A DNA stretch of 64,000 nucleotides from Spirochaetia bacterium (GCA_965198005.1 CBDAOI010000003.1:576001-640000), one strand, 5' to 3'. Positions 9,258 through 20,756 are shown, numbered from the stretch's first letter. Notes: generated by a model from the letters alone, not told the origin. A program made the numbers and translations.

Positions 9258-12200
9258 TTGGCGCCTCGTCGACGCAGCCTGGGCGAGGCTCGTCTCGCCT
9301 TCGACGCCCTCTCGATCGAGGGCGGTCTTCTTGGCGCCGAGTGGTTTGGAAGGGTGGCTCAGCTTCAGGCTGCGGCCCAGGAGCCAGCCGATTACCGTAT
9401 TCCGAAGGGCCTCGAAATCCGCGACGAGATTGCCCGCGGCTGGCGCATTGCCCAGGCGTGCTTTCAGGAAATGGAAGCCGGTCGGGCCTCGGGAGGCAAC
9501 GCGCGCGCGCTTGCAGAGCGATTCATCGAGGAACTTCTCCGCGACGCGTTTGGTTTTGCGTCCGTCGCGCGCACCGGGCCAAGGACAATCGGTGAGCGGG
9601 TATATCCGGTTCGGTTCTTCGCCCTCGGCGACCGGGTTCCTATCGTGGTGGCCCCGGCGGGAGCGGGCCTGGACGCCCCTCTGCCCGAGCTGGGAGACGA
9701 ACGCCGGCGCCGGACCGCATTCGGGCTCCTGCAGGAGACGCTGAATGCCTCCGACGCGGCGCTCTGGGGTCTGGCGTCGGACGGGCTCTCGCTGCGGATC
9801 GCGCGCGACAACGCGAGTCTCACGCGGCCGGCGTGGATCGAAGCCGACCTCAACAGAATCTTTACCGAGGACCTGTACCCCGACTTCGCCGCGCTCTGGC
9901 TCATCGCGCAGGAGTCGCGCTTCGGCCGCGCGGAGGCCCCGGCCGCGACCTGCCCGCTGGAGGTGTGGCGGGAGGAGGCTCGGCAGGACGGGACTCGGGC
10001 ACGGGACAAGCTGAGCGCCGGCTTTCAGCAGGCGCTCAGGATTCTGGGGCAGGGGTTCCTTTCTCATGCCGCGAACTCGAAGCTTCGTTCTGCGCTGCAC
10101 GCCGGCGATCTCACGACCGATCGCTACTTCGGGCAACTCCTGCGACTTGTCTATCGGCTCATCTTTCTGCTCACGGTCGAGGAACGGAACCTGCTGCACC
10201 CGAATGACGCATCCGACTCGGCCCGCCAGCTCTATGCCGATGGATACGCCCTCCGCCGCCTTCGCGATCGGGCGGTTCGCCGGAGCGCCCACGATCGCCA
10301 TGGGGATCTCTGGGAGGTGGTCAAGATCGTATGCCGGGGTCTTGCAGGTGGCGAATCGCGGCTCGGGCTGCCCGCCCTCGCCGGACTGTTTGCGCCGGAG
10401 GAGTGCCCGGAGCTTGACGCGGCGAAGATCGAGAACCGTGCGTTCCTCGGCGCTCTGTTCCATCTGGCATGGCTTCGCGAGCCTTCGGGACTGGTTCGTG
10501 TGAACTGGCGCGACATGGGCGCGGATGAGCTCGGTTACATCTACGAGGGCCTTCTCGAACTGGTCCCACAGATTACCGAGGACGGCCGTTCCTTCTCGTT
10601 TGCGAGCGCCGACGAGAGCCGAGGCCATGCACGCAAGACGACCGGTAGCTACTACACGCCGGACGAGCTGGTGCAGCTTCTCCTCGCAAGCGCCCTCGAT
10701 CCAGTGGTCAAGCATACGGTGAATGCTCATTCCGATCGTGCCGCCGATGCTCTCCTTGAGTTGACGATCGTCGATCCTGCTTGCGGCTCGGGGCACTTTC
10801 TGCTCGCCGCAGCGCGTCGGCTGGCCGATCACGTCGCGCGCATCCGGTCGGCAGGTACGCCCACGCCGGATGACTACCAGCACGCGCTCCGCGACGTCGT
10901 TCGGCGCTGCATCTACGGCGTCGACGTGAACCCGCTGGCCGTCGAGCTGTGCAAGGTGAGCCTCTGGATGGAATCGATCGATCCGGGCCTGCCGCTCACC
11001 TTCCTGGAGAGCCATGTCCGTTGCGGCAACTCCCTGATCGGCACGACCCGTGCGCTGATGGGCGAACAGGTGCCGGCTGCCGCGTGGGTGGCTCTCGAGG
11101 GAGACGACAAGAAGGTCACCAGATCGCTCAAGCGGCGCAACCAGGAGGAGATCGCAGGTCAGCGCGGCCTACTGTTTGAACCTCGAAACGAGACGGACAC
11201 GTTACGCGATGCGATACGCGCGGTGGAGCAGGCCCCGGACGCGGACGCGACCACCTTGGAGGAGAAGCATCGAAAGTGGGAGGCACTCCTGGCCTCGCAG
11301 GCCTACGAGCACGAGAAGCTCGTGGCCGACGCGTGGTGCGCCGCCTTCCTCTGGCCCAAGGACGCCCCCGGCCCCGTCGTCGAAGCCGCACCCACGACGG
11401 CGGCGTGGCTCGCGCTCCGCGAGCAGGAGGCGCCGCCGTCCCCGGTGCTGGTCGAGACCACGCGGCGCATCGCCGAGGACTACGGCCTCTTTCACTGGGA
11501 GCTGGCGTTTCCGCACGTCTTTGCCCTAGGCGGTTTCGACGTCGTACTTGGCAATCCACCATGGGAGCGAATCAAGCTTCAGGAGCAGGAGTTCTTCGCC
11601 AGGCGCGAACCCTTAATCGCGCAGGCCCGGAACGCCGCCGAGCGAAAGAAGCTCATCGCTGCACTGCCAACGACGGACCCGGTTCTCTGGAACGAGTGGA
11701 CCGGTGCTACGCGTGTCGCACAGGGGCAGAGCCACTTCGTTCGACGATCCGGCCGTTACCCGCTGTGTGGAAAGGGCGACGTGAACACGTACGCGTTGTT
11801 CGCCGAGCACAACCTCCAGATGCTGGGTCTGCGCAGCCGCGCAGGATTCATCGTCCCGAGTGGCATCGCGACGGATGACCCGACCAAGGACTACTTCCAA
11901 GCGATCTTGAAGTCACGCGCTCTTCGATCGATGTGGGAGTTTGAGAACGAGGGGTTCTTTACGGCTGGCAAGGGGCACATGCTCCGGTTCGTGTTGACAA
12001 CTCTCTCCGGTCGGAACGATCCGTCGCCGTCGGCCGACTTCCTGTTTCAGGGGCAGGCGATCACGGAAATCGACGACCCTGAACGCCACTTCACCCTGAG
12101 TGCCGCCGACATAGAGACTATCAATCCGAACACGGGAACATGTCCAATCTTTCGCACGAAGCGTGATGCCACCATCGCGCTCGCGATCTATCGGCGCGCC

Positions 12201-13213
12201 GGAGTGCTCTGGAGAGAGGGTGACGCGGACGGCAACCCGTGGGGCCTGAGGTTCTTGCCCATGTTTCACATGACGAATGACTCCGGCCTGTTTCGCACGC
12301 GGGCCGAGCTGGCGTCGGCCGGGTGGAGGCCGGAAACCGACCGGTTCGAGAAGGATGGAAATGTTATGTTGCCTTTGTACGAAGCGAAGATGACCTACCA
12401 GTACAACCACAGAAGTGGCACCTTCGAGGCAGCGCAGGTCGGCAAAAGACCGCATCGGTTGCCATCCCCATCTGCCCAACAGCTCTCAGATCCGGCGTAT
12501 GCGCCGCAGCCGTTCTACTGGGTCGCAGAGAAGGAGATCGATGCCCGGCTCGATGGCGTCTGGGACCGCGGGTGGCTGCTCGGCTGGCGCGACGTGACGG
12601 ATGCGCGAGCGAGCGTGCGTACTGTCGTCGCGTGCATCATCCCGAGGACTGCGGTGAACAACAAGCTTCTACTGATGATGCCGTCTCATGATCCACAACT
12701 CGTGGCTGATCTCTACGCGAACCTACTGAGCATACCGTTCGACTATTGCGCAAGGCAGAAGGTCGGCGGGCTTAGCTTGAACTACTTCACTATGCGGCAG
12801 CTTCCTGGGCTCCAACCAATGACGTACGCGACATCCACGCCCTGGGCGCCATCGATACGAATTCGCGACTGGCTCCTCCCGCGTGTCCTGGAGCTCACCT
12901 ATACCGCCTGGGATCTTAAGGTATTCGCCGAGGATTGCGGTGACGACGGCCCACCCTTCATCTGGGATCCGAGCGCCGCTTCCAGCTCCGGTGCGAGATC
13001 GACGCGGCCTTTTTCCATTTGTACGGCATCTCTCGGGATGACACCGCCTACATCCTCGACACGTTTCCGGTCCTCAAGCGGTCGGAGAAACGCGAGCACG
13101 GCGAGTACCGGACGAAGCGCGCGGTGCTGGAGACTTACGATGCGCTGGCGGCGGCCTGTGCGAAGGGCATGCCCTACAACTCGCCGCTCGGACCGCCGAG
13201 GAGGGCGACATGA
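9258..13213 (+). CDS. Large N6-adenine DNA methyltransferase (Eco57I/type IIG-like, DrmMI-like); 1-nt frameshift near 12970
   Basis: GSYYTP, motif I DPACGSGHF, motif IV GNPPW. The conserved C-terminus (ERRFQLRCEIDAAFFHLYGISRDD...YRTKR) continues in another frame after PFIWDP and ends in an ATGA overlap at 13210-13213. Confidence 0.85.
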
Positions 13214-14454
13214 GCCGATTCCGGTTTCGCGAGATCCGCGTCGACAGCTACCGTTGTTTCGAAGAGCTGAAGCTCTCACTCGAAGAAGACACCACCGTCC
13301 TGTTCGCCGAGAACGGCGGTGGAAAGACCGCGCTGCTCACGGCCCTCGCGATGGGCCTCGCCGTGTTCCAGAGGGGGGCGCCGAGAACCCTGAAGCTCGA
13401 CCAGCGGCGCGATCCCAGGATGCGCACTCACGACGACAAGGGGCGACGCGAGCCGGTCGGTCCGTCCAAAGTCGCGTGGACTGCCACCGTGGGCGAATCG
13501 GAATCCGTTACGTGGTCCACGGCAGCCCATCCCGCGTCCGGACGCACTACCAATCAGCGCAAACCGATTCTCGAGGCCCTGGAGCGACTTCGAGTGCCCG
13601 GAGATCGGTGGCCGTTGTTCGCGTGGTACGGCGTCGATCGCTTGGCGTGGACCCGCGGACGGCGTCGCAAGGTCGAGCGGATCGGGGACCGCTGGGAAGC
13701 CTACGCCTCCGCGCTCGACCCGAACCTCGACGAGGCCCCGCTGCTTCAGTGGCTCCAGGACGAGATGCTCGGGGATGTGGTCCGGAGGCAGCAGGAAGCA
13801 CCGGAACGCTTTTTCGATAAAGCCGTGATGGATGCAACGGTCCGTGCCACGCCGCGCGTCACCAACGCCTGGTACGACCCGGTGGAGCAAAGCCCAAAGG
13901 TGGGCTTCGACGACGGGCATGTGGCTACGTGGTCCGAGCTGTCCGACGGCTACCACGTATTCATCGCTCTGGTCGCCGACATCGCCCGCCGCGCCGTCAT
14001 GCTCAACGAGTTCGATGGCGCCGACGCGCCCGCGCGAGTAGAGGGGGTGGTGCTCATTGACGAGCTGGATCTTCACCTCCACCCGCGGTGGCAGCGCGTG
14101 GCGCTTCCGCGCCTTCGCAACGTATTCCCAAGACTGCAACTGGTCGTCACCACGCACTCACCGCAGATACTGAGCAGCGTCCACAACCGCCAGGTGCGCC
14201 GACTCTTCGACGGGAAGCTCCAGGAATACCCCGTGTTGGTCGAGGGCAGAGACACGAACGCGATCCTCCGCGAGTACATGCGCACCGAGGACCGCAGCGC
14301 GGAGGGTACCGGCGCGTTGCGGGCGCTCCACGATTACATCGATCAGGGTCGCCGCGAGGAAGCCGAGGAGCTGTACAAGAAGCTGCTTGCTCGTTGGGGC
14401 GATCTGGACCCCGACCTGATTGAAGCCAAGGTACTCCTGGACCTGGAGGAGTAA
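13210..14454 (+). CDS. ABC/AAA_21-type ATPase, Septu/retron PtuA-like
   Basis: Walker A AENGGGKT, signature LSDG, Walker B VLIDELDLHLHP, H-loop TTHSPQ. Confidence 0.85.
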   Translation: MSRFRFREIRVDSYRCFEELKLSLEEDTTVLFAENGGGKTALLTALAMGLAVFQRGAPRTLKLDQRRDPRMRTHDDKGRREPVGPSKVAWTATVGESESVTWSTAAHPASGRTTNQRKPILEALERLRVPGDRWPLFAWYGVDRLAWTRGRRRKVERIGDRWEAYASALDPNLDEAPLLQWLQDEMLGDVVRRQQEAPERFFDKAVMDATVRATPRVTNAWYDPVEQSPKVGFDDGHVATWSELSDGYHVFIALVADIARRAVMLNEFDGADAPARVEGVVLIDELDLHLHPRWQRVALPRLRNVFPRLQLVVTTHSPQILSSVHNRQVRRLFDGKLQEYPVLVEGRDTNAILREYMRTEDRSAEGTGALRALHDYIDQGRREEAEELYKKLLARWGDLDPDLIEAKVLLDLEE

Positions 14455-14455
14455 G

Positions 14456-15217
14456 GTGCGGGGTATCTCGAAGCCCTGGCCTCCGAGAGATGTTTATCCG
14501 GACGGCCAAGCGCAGATGAGCCTTCGCGATGCCGAGAAGGCCTACCTGGCAGCGCTTCCGGGGGTTTCCAACCAGCGGACCTTTGCGCGTTCGAAGTACG
14601 AAGATCTCGATAATCGGAAGCTCCGGCGGGAGATGTACCGGGAACAGCGCTCTCTCTGCATCTACTGCGAACGACAGGTTACCGAGGACTACCCAACGCC
14701 TCGGATTGACCACTGGTACCCGCTCAGCCGTGATCCCGGGCTCGCCCTCCACTGGAGGAATCTCTATCTGTCCTGCCACAAGCTCGAGACCTGCGACTCG
14801 GCCAAGGGCGACCACCCCTTTCGGTGGCACGATGCCGGCTCCCACATGCCCTGGCCCGTGGACCTTCGGTACGAGGACGTCGTTGGCTTCACCAGCCGCG
14901 GCGAGATCTACGTCCGCTCGGATGTGACGTTGCCGGATGCCATTCGCCGGGCGCTCGAGCGTGCCATTGCGGACCGCACCGATGGCGCTCGAGTGCGGCG
15001 CAGCATCGTCAACCTGAACGATCCGGCGCTCGTCAAGGCGCGGTCGGCCGCGGTCCGCGGCGAGCGCAAACGCTTGGCGAAGGACTTCGAGAACAGGACC
15101 GCGACCAGGGACGAGCGCGAGGAGCGGGCCTCTCAGCTCCTTGGTAGGCGTCAGCTTCCCGAGTTCGTGAGCATCCGCGTCGCATCGCTGCGGAAGACGC
15201 TGGGCCGAGGCCGGTGA
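14456..15217 (+). CDS. HNH endonuclease, PtuB/TIGR02646-like
   Basis: GTG follows a GGAGGA RBS. Motifs EQRSLCIYCE, IDHWYP, NLYLSC, TCDSAK, later LNLN-like VNLN. Sits directly after the ATPase. Confidence 0.8.
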   Translation: MRGISKPWPPRDVYPDGQAQMSLRDAEKAYLAALPGVSNQRTFARSKYEDLDNRKLRREMYREQRSLCIYCERQVTEDYPTPRIDHWYPLSRDPGLALHWRNLYLSCHKLETCDSAKGDHPFRWHDAGSHMPWPVDLRYEDVVGFTSRGEIYVRSDVTLPDAIRRALERAIADRTDGARVRRSIVNLNDPALVKARSAAVRGERKRLAKDFENRTATRDEREERASQLLGRRQLPEFVSIRVASLRKTLGRGR

Positions 15218-15984
15218 TGCTGGCGCCCGTCACGATCACCCGTCTCGAAAAAGCCGCGACCGACAACGGCTTCGACCTCGAGTTGGAGCGCACGGCCCAC
15301 TGGCTCTCCTTCGGCAGCAGCCAGACGTCGATGCGCGTTTGGCTCACGGCCGTCGGAGAATCCCAATTCCTCGCTGCCACGTCACGCGCCGACGTCCTCG
15401 ACGGGCTGGCGGGCCTCGGCACCGTGTTCACCAACCTGCTCCCGAGCGGCGCCGCCGGCGCGCTGAGCGTCAGCGACGTTGCCGCACTCCATCGCCTCTT
15501 GCGCCGCGCGTTCCAGCTCTCGCGCACGCTGCCGGACGCGCTGCTCCGTGTGTTCCAGGACCAAACCGCGAACCTGCCCCGCGCGACGGAAGCCGAACGC
15601 TTGGTAGTCCAGCGCGTCGGTCAGGACATCTTCCGCCGCGGTCTGTTGGAATACTGGGACGGCCGTTGCGCGATCACTGGCCTCGCGGTGCCCGAGCTCC
15701 TACGCGCGAGCCACATCAAGCCCTGGGCCGCCTGCGACACCGACGCAGAGCGACTCGACGTCTTCAACGGCTTTCTTCTGGCGCCTCATCTCGATGCGGC
15801 TTTCGACGCCGGTTTCATCACGATCGCTGAGGACGGAGCGGTCCTCGTCTCGAACCTCCTTCCTCTCGACCCGCAGCCGGTTCTTGGTCTTGATAAGCCG
15901 CTGAACGTCCGCGGACTGCACCGTTCTCACGAGCGCTACCTGCCATCGCACCGCGCCAACATCTTCCGCCAGTACCGTGGGTAG
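15214..15984 (+). CDS. HNH endonuclease (HNH_2, putative restriction nuclease)
   Basis: RVGQDIFR...CAITG...LRASHIKPW...NGFLL...LDAAFDAGFI. GTGA overlap with the upstream gene. Confidence 0.85.
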   Translation: MMLAPVTITRLEKAATDNGFDLELERTAHWLSFGSSQTSMRVWLTAVGESQFLAATSRADVLDGLAGLGTVFTNLLPSGAAGALSVSDVAALHRLLRRAFQLSRTLPDALLRVFQDQTANLPRATEAERLVVQRVGQDIFRRGLLEYWDGRCAITGLAVPELLRASHIKPWAACDTDAERLDVFNGFLLAPHLDAAFDAGFITIAEDGAVLVSNLLPLDPQPVLGLDKPLNVRGLHRSHERYLPSHRANIFRQYRG

Positions 15985-16282
15985 CGACCTAAGCCCTCCG
16001 CGAACTGGCTCTGTACGCTGCTGACGATTATACGATTGTGGATTAGGCCGCATAGCTCACCCAGGGATATACACGGAGTGGAATGGTGGGCTTCGTGGCT
16101 ATCTGGAGATGGTAGCCAAAAAAATACGAAGCCACAAGGAACCGCCCCGTACTACAGAACAACTCCCCCTAATCCGAAGTTCCACTTGTGGAGCCATCAG
16201 AGACTATACACGCCGCTCAGAAAGTAGGGTACGCTCATTTTGTCTCATCCACAACTTCTGATTGTATCCCAGCACGACCTTG

Positions 16283-18991
16283 TCAGGTGCCCGCCCACCC
16301 TAAATCCCCTATGTCATTCGACAACCACTCGTGCGCAAGTTCCGTGGCAGGTCGTGCCGCGCCACCATCGATCATCCTACTCATCCTAAACAGAGCCACA
16401 CTTCTGACATCCCCTTTCCGAACCTGAGCGAATGCTTCTCGCTGCACTTGAAAGCACGTCTCAAGTTCTAGTGGAGAGTCCTCGAAACCGCCGAGCTCAA
16501 ACACCACCGTCGACTCTTCTCCTCCCGGAAGGACGATCGGATACCACGAAAGAACCGCATGAAATCTCCGCCCACGCTCGGACGCCACGGACAACTTTCC
16601 CTCAAGCCTCACCGGCAAAAGACGATAAAGCTGAATCCTATCGGCGAATGGCAAGAACCAACGCTCGACGATGGCCCGATAGATATCCAGCGCAGCTTCG
16701 TAGATTCTCACGGTCCGCTCTAGAAGCTCCCTGTCTTCGTTAGAGGATGACGATTTCCAAGGATCGAATAGTAACCGCTCTCCCTGTCGTATCGAATCAC
16801 TCAGTTGTTTATGCACGATGCGGATTTCGCGGCGAGAGAAACTCTGGCCGCCCGTACGCCACACCGAGACACTTCTGGATAGTCGTTCCTCGATTCGGTC
16901 CAGCACGGTGCGTATGGCGATCGAGCCTCCCCAATATGTGCCTCGGCCAGTGACAGCCTTCGCGAACGCCCAAGCGAGTTCACGTACCGCAATTTCCGAC
17001 TGATAAGCAAGTTGATAATCGTTCAGTACCTTCCTCATATTACGCGCGAGATGCTTCTTGGTGATCACCCAACTCCACAGTTCCGTCGGTGGGATCGATC
17101 TCATCTCCCATGACGGCCAATCCGACGCGGACTTCCCGTGTCCCTTCCACATTGGCACATCTTCTTTCGAGAACACGACTACAGGTGCCAGCTGATCGGA
17201 ACCTTGGTACCACGCAGTTGTCACCGTGTTGTTATCTAGCTTGATACCGAGAGTCGTTAGTTCACCCTTTTTGTTAACGGGCCCTATGACGCGAAAAAGA
17301 CGGCCCATTGCTTGCTGCCACAGCCGCATCGCCCGATGAATCTGTTCCCCGATGTCCAGCTCCTCGTAGCGATCCGACGAACTTCCGGAATCAAAATACG
17401 ACGTCGATTCATAGTCCTTCAACACAGCGGCAGCGACATTCACATTCTTTGACACGACTTGTTCCATAATGCTGCGCGCTGTCGTCGTGTTCTGAGAATG
17501 CACGACGATCTCAATCGGTATGGTCCAACGATCAGACGTGAGGTCAATGTCTTCAATCGCTACCGTACCCTCCGCTATTGCCATAGCGGCGTACCATTCC
17601 CGGAATATCGGCAACGAAAAGTCGATCTGGCCTCTTGATTGAAACACAAGGCGAGAGTCAGCTAGTTTCGGAAGGTCGGCCAATGAGGCGACGACATCAT
17701 GAAGATATACCGGAGCACCACAAGTAGTCGTTCTTGCCGCTAAGCGCTTCAAAAGCTCGTCGGTAGCCGCGGTGTTGTGGCCGGTTTCTTGTAAAGCGTA
17801 TTGAGCCATATTGTGTACGAGACTATGAACAGAAAGGTTGCTTACCTTGGGATTAGTGCGCAACCAGATGCCGATCATGATTGCAAACAAGGGTAACCGT
17901 ACGGATTCCTTAATGGAATCCGGCCAAGAGCGCGGATCATGTGGATCTAACGGTGTTCCGGAGATTCGCTCGATCAAGCGTCGCTGTTGTTCAACGTTAA
18001 GCGGAGGTATTTTGATCGCGGTCGGATCGATCGGAATCCCCGGAAGGGGCCTTACGGCGGCAACCGCCAGGGAATTCTGGTTCGCTCCTGCATAGGTCTC
18101 CAAATCCCTTAGAATCATCGTTGCCGCGCGGCTCCCTTGCTCATCGATCCCATCGACTATGACCATCAACTCCTGAACATGAGCGTTTACGTATCCTTGG
18201 CACCGCTGTTCGATAATCTGCCGAAGAGACCGTACAATCTCGTCGGCTCTGATGAATATTGGGTACGGCTGTGTGGGATCGTTAAGAGCGCTGTCGACAG
18301 CGATTTGGAATAGGCGGTGGCATGCTAGCGACTTCCCGCTGCCCTGTGGGCCGACGACAACGTGCAATCCGGGACCTTCAATCTTGAGAACTTTACCTAC
18401 GCCTTGGTCGTTGGCAAATTCCGCCGCGAGGCCATCTTCAATACCCAATGCTCGTAACATGACTCTACAACGGGAATATGACTCTGCCCTATTGCGCATC
18501 AACTCCTGAGTCCGACTTGGGTCTACAGGAGTGCGCAGAGCTCTGATGAATTCATCTGACAGTGCCGCTTTGATGTGGTATCCCAATTGACATGATGACT
18601 GTACGTCTTGCCACTTTGCAAAAGCGCTAACAGTCTGGAGCAAGGCCATGGTTCGTGAATCTCTCTTCTCCGCGGCCAATTTGAATACCAACAGTCGCCG
18701 ACCAGCCGCCATGCAGCGCTGGATTTCTTCAGCGACGGGTTGTGTTGTTTCGCGCGCCACTAGCCAGACAACGAAATCGGCTTCGGAAACTTTACGCAAA
18801 TAGGCACTCGTTGGCGGCTCGGAGCTTGCCGGTGTGTATTCGAATGCCCACGGACGCCCGAAATCAATACCCCTGATAGTCTGTTCGGCAACGCTTCGCG
18901 CATGCTGGAGTTCATCATTCATTACGCTGCTGATGAAGACCAACAGATCCGCTTCGCTCCTCTGGAGTTGAGGAGTAGTGTTAACCATCAC
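16283..18991 (-). CDS. DUF4062 domain plus NACHT/STAND-like P-loop NTPase
   Basis: N-terminal VFISS...AFE...YLRKVSEADFVV...EE (DUF4062-like). Walker A GPQGSGKS, Walker B VIVDGIDE, PLF motif. Lower GC than the flanks. Confidence 0.7.
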   Translation of the reverse strand: MMVNTTPQLQRSEADLLVFISSVMNDELQHARSVAEQTIRGIDFGRPWAFEYTPASSEPPTSAYLRKVSEADFVVWLVARETTQPVAEEIQRCMAAGRRLLVFKLAAEKRDSRTMALLQTVSAFAKWQDVQSSCQLGYHIKAALSDEFIRALRTPVDPSRTQELMRNRAESYSRCRVMLRALGIEDGLAAEFANDQGVGKVLKIEGPGLHVVVGPQGSGKSLACHRLFQIAVDSALNDPTQPYPIFIRADEIVRSLRQIIEQRCQGYVNAHVQELMVIVDGIDEQGSRAATMILRDLETYAGANQNSLAVAAVRPLPGIPIDPTAIKIPPLNVEQQRRLIERISGTPLDPHDPRSWPDSIKESVRLPLFAIMIGIWLRTNPKVSNLSVHSLVHNMAQYALQETGHNTAATDELLKRLAARTTTCGAPVYLHDVVASLADLPKLADSRLVFQSRGQIDFSLPIFREWYAAMAIAEGTVAIEDIDLTSDRWTIPIEIVVHSQNTTTARSIMEQVVSKNVNVAAAVLKDYESTSYFDSGSSSDRYEELDIGEQIHRAMRLWQQAMGRLFRVIGPVNKKGELTTLGIKLDNNTVTTAWYQGSDQLAPVVVFSKEDVPMWKGHGKSASDWPSWEMRSIPPTELWSWVITKKHLARNMRKVLNDYQLAYQSEIAVRELAWAFAKAVTGRGTYWGGSIAIRTVLDRIEERLSRSVSVWRTGGQSFSRREIRIVHKQLSDSIRQGERLLFDPWKSSSSNEDRELLERTVRIYEAALDIYRAIVERWFLPFADRIQLYRLLPVRLEGKLSVASERGRRFHAVLSWYPIVLPGGEESTVVFELGGFEDSPLELETCFQVQREAFAQVRKGDVRSVALFRMSRMIDGGAARPATELAHEWLSNDIGDLGWAGT

Positions 18992-20339
18992 AGGACGATC
19001 TTCGAAACTCTGAGGTGAGTGGCCAAGTGTGCATTAGCGTGCCACTGGGTCTCGCCCACGAACATCGACCGTCGTTGTGAGCCGTTTGCGTGGAAGCTTC
19101 GATGTAGCGGCACTTCGGTACGTTCGTCATACCGGTACCGGCGAAACGATCTTGAGAGGTATGCAGTGTTCATTTGGACATCATGTCGCGACGATTCGCT
19201 CTGCGATGGTAAGGAGGGAGGCTTCGCCTGTCAAGGAGCACCTGGTCTCTCAGGGTTGGAAATTGGCTCATTTGGACGTTACAGGTTCTGAAGGCTAACA
19301 TTTGTGTAGCAGAGGCACGGCCTTCACCCATCTGTATCATGCTGATGGGAGGCGGCGAGACCGGCCATCGGTTGGTGCGCCATGGATCGACACAACCATC
19401 GGAGCAGACCGCCTTGCCCGGAAGGACGATCTTGCATCACTGGAGCGTCGGTACTATGGATCGGAAGGGGCGGCCTCACGGGCGGGTGAGGCGTCCGCCC
19501 GGAGCCCCCAGGAAGCTTTGCAGTGGCGAGTAATCGGGTGATCGATATCGCAATTGGACTGGGGTGGTTACATTGTTGCACAGTCCGACCGCTGAGCGCG
19601 CGGCTGATGGGCTGCACGGATTTGTCCGCCAAGAACAATGGTGGCTGAAACCTAGAGCGCTATTCTATACTTGCTCGGGACAAGATAACATGTGACACCT
19701 TCGAGCATATCAATCTGGTGTCTCAACATCAGTATCTGGGGACTTCAAGTATGGTACGTTAATACCGCCATCTCCGGAACCATCGCAGGCGACGAAATCC
19801 GCATCGTGGTCGGCGATTCCCTGCCACTGCGCGACAAGTTAGCCACAACCTCCTGGCTTCATGGAGTGTCGATTGATTCTGGTCTTCTAATTCGGCAAGC
19901 CACGGCTTAGGGAACTGGTCGTAGCTATAGCCAGATTTGTTGGAGTCTCATCGTCTAGTGGGTAGTCACGTAGTCCTATTGCAGTCTCCGGTTTGCCGAA
20001 TATTGCGTGCAATACACCGCCGGAATCATGGTCGTCGTCGCAAGTGCGATTGCGGTAGGTGCCGGCGGTCGCGACGAAGTCTAACACGGGCGGCCAGGAC
20101 GGATCGCCCAAAGCGTCACGTCAGAGCGGTAGTCGTGCGTGCCAACTTCCGGACGGCGTCAATGGTTCACCCGCACCCGCTCGTCGACCGGAGGCAGTCG
20201 GTACGCGGCGACGCGCGCCGGCGGCAGGGCGCCAGAGTCAACGTCGCGCGCCGTGGGACGCCACGGGCTGACCGGGCGCTGGAAGCGATGGTAGAACGGA
20301 GAGTGAGGAGGAACTGCAATGAGCAGCCGCCGTAACCAT

Positions 20340-20710
20340 CATTGTACTGAAGCACTCCGATGAAGAAGGATCGCCTGAGGGCGATTCAGCGAGCACGCAG
20401 GCCGCAACGTGAGTGAACGCTGAGCAGGCCTCGAAATGGGTAATGCCGAAGCCGACCCGCCCTTAGTACGGGAAGGCTGACAGCGGTGGGGAAGCGAGCG
20501 ACGCGGGCACCGACCGGTTCCGCCGGGGTACTGGCGGCGGCATGAGTGAAGAGGGAGACAGCAGCAACACGGGAAGCCCCGTCGGTGGCGTGCACGCGCC
20601 AACCGGGAATCCGCGAGGACCAGTTTGGGCCGGCGGGGTGACGGAGAGGCTCGGAGTACCGGAGAAGCCGGGTAACGCCGGCGGAGGGAAGGGGCCTCAA
20701 TTCGAGAGCA
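20340..20710 (+). mobile_element. Truncated group II intron RNA (part of domain I through domain III); no RT ORF or domain V
   Basis: Contains characteristic intron segments GCAGGCCGCAACGTGAGTGAACGCTGAGCAGGCCTCGAAA, AACACGGGAAGCCC and the DIII-like GGAGAGGCTCGGAGTACCGGAGAAGCCGGGTAACGCCGGCGGAGGGAAGGGGCCTC. Confidence 0.75.
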
Positions 20711-20727
20711 CACGGCGCATCGGCTTA

Positions 20728-20756
20728 TTGACGGTCCCGCCCGGAGTCAGTATTGT
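20728..20756 (+). promoter_or_regulatory. Sigma70-like promoter
   Basis: TTGACG-N17-TATTGT. Confidence 0.55.

Noticed and set aside
9129-13820. 1563-aa ORF taken as the true methyltransferase
   Set aside because: The N-terminal 43 aa overlap the SNF2 gene, and the tail after ~12970 is frameshift read-through over the ATPase. The real gene is 9258-13213.
13210-15217. Retron type I-A system
   Set aside because: The ATPase and HNH are present, but I found no reverse transcriptase or msr-msd region.
19000-20030. Integron attC sites or intact genes in the low-GC stretch
   Set aside because: A GGCTAAC occurs near 19292, but no matching GTTRRRY arm or integrase was found. The ORFs are short and motif-less.
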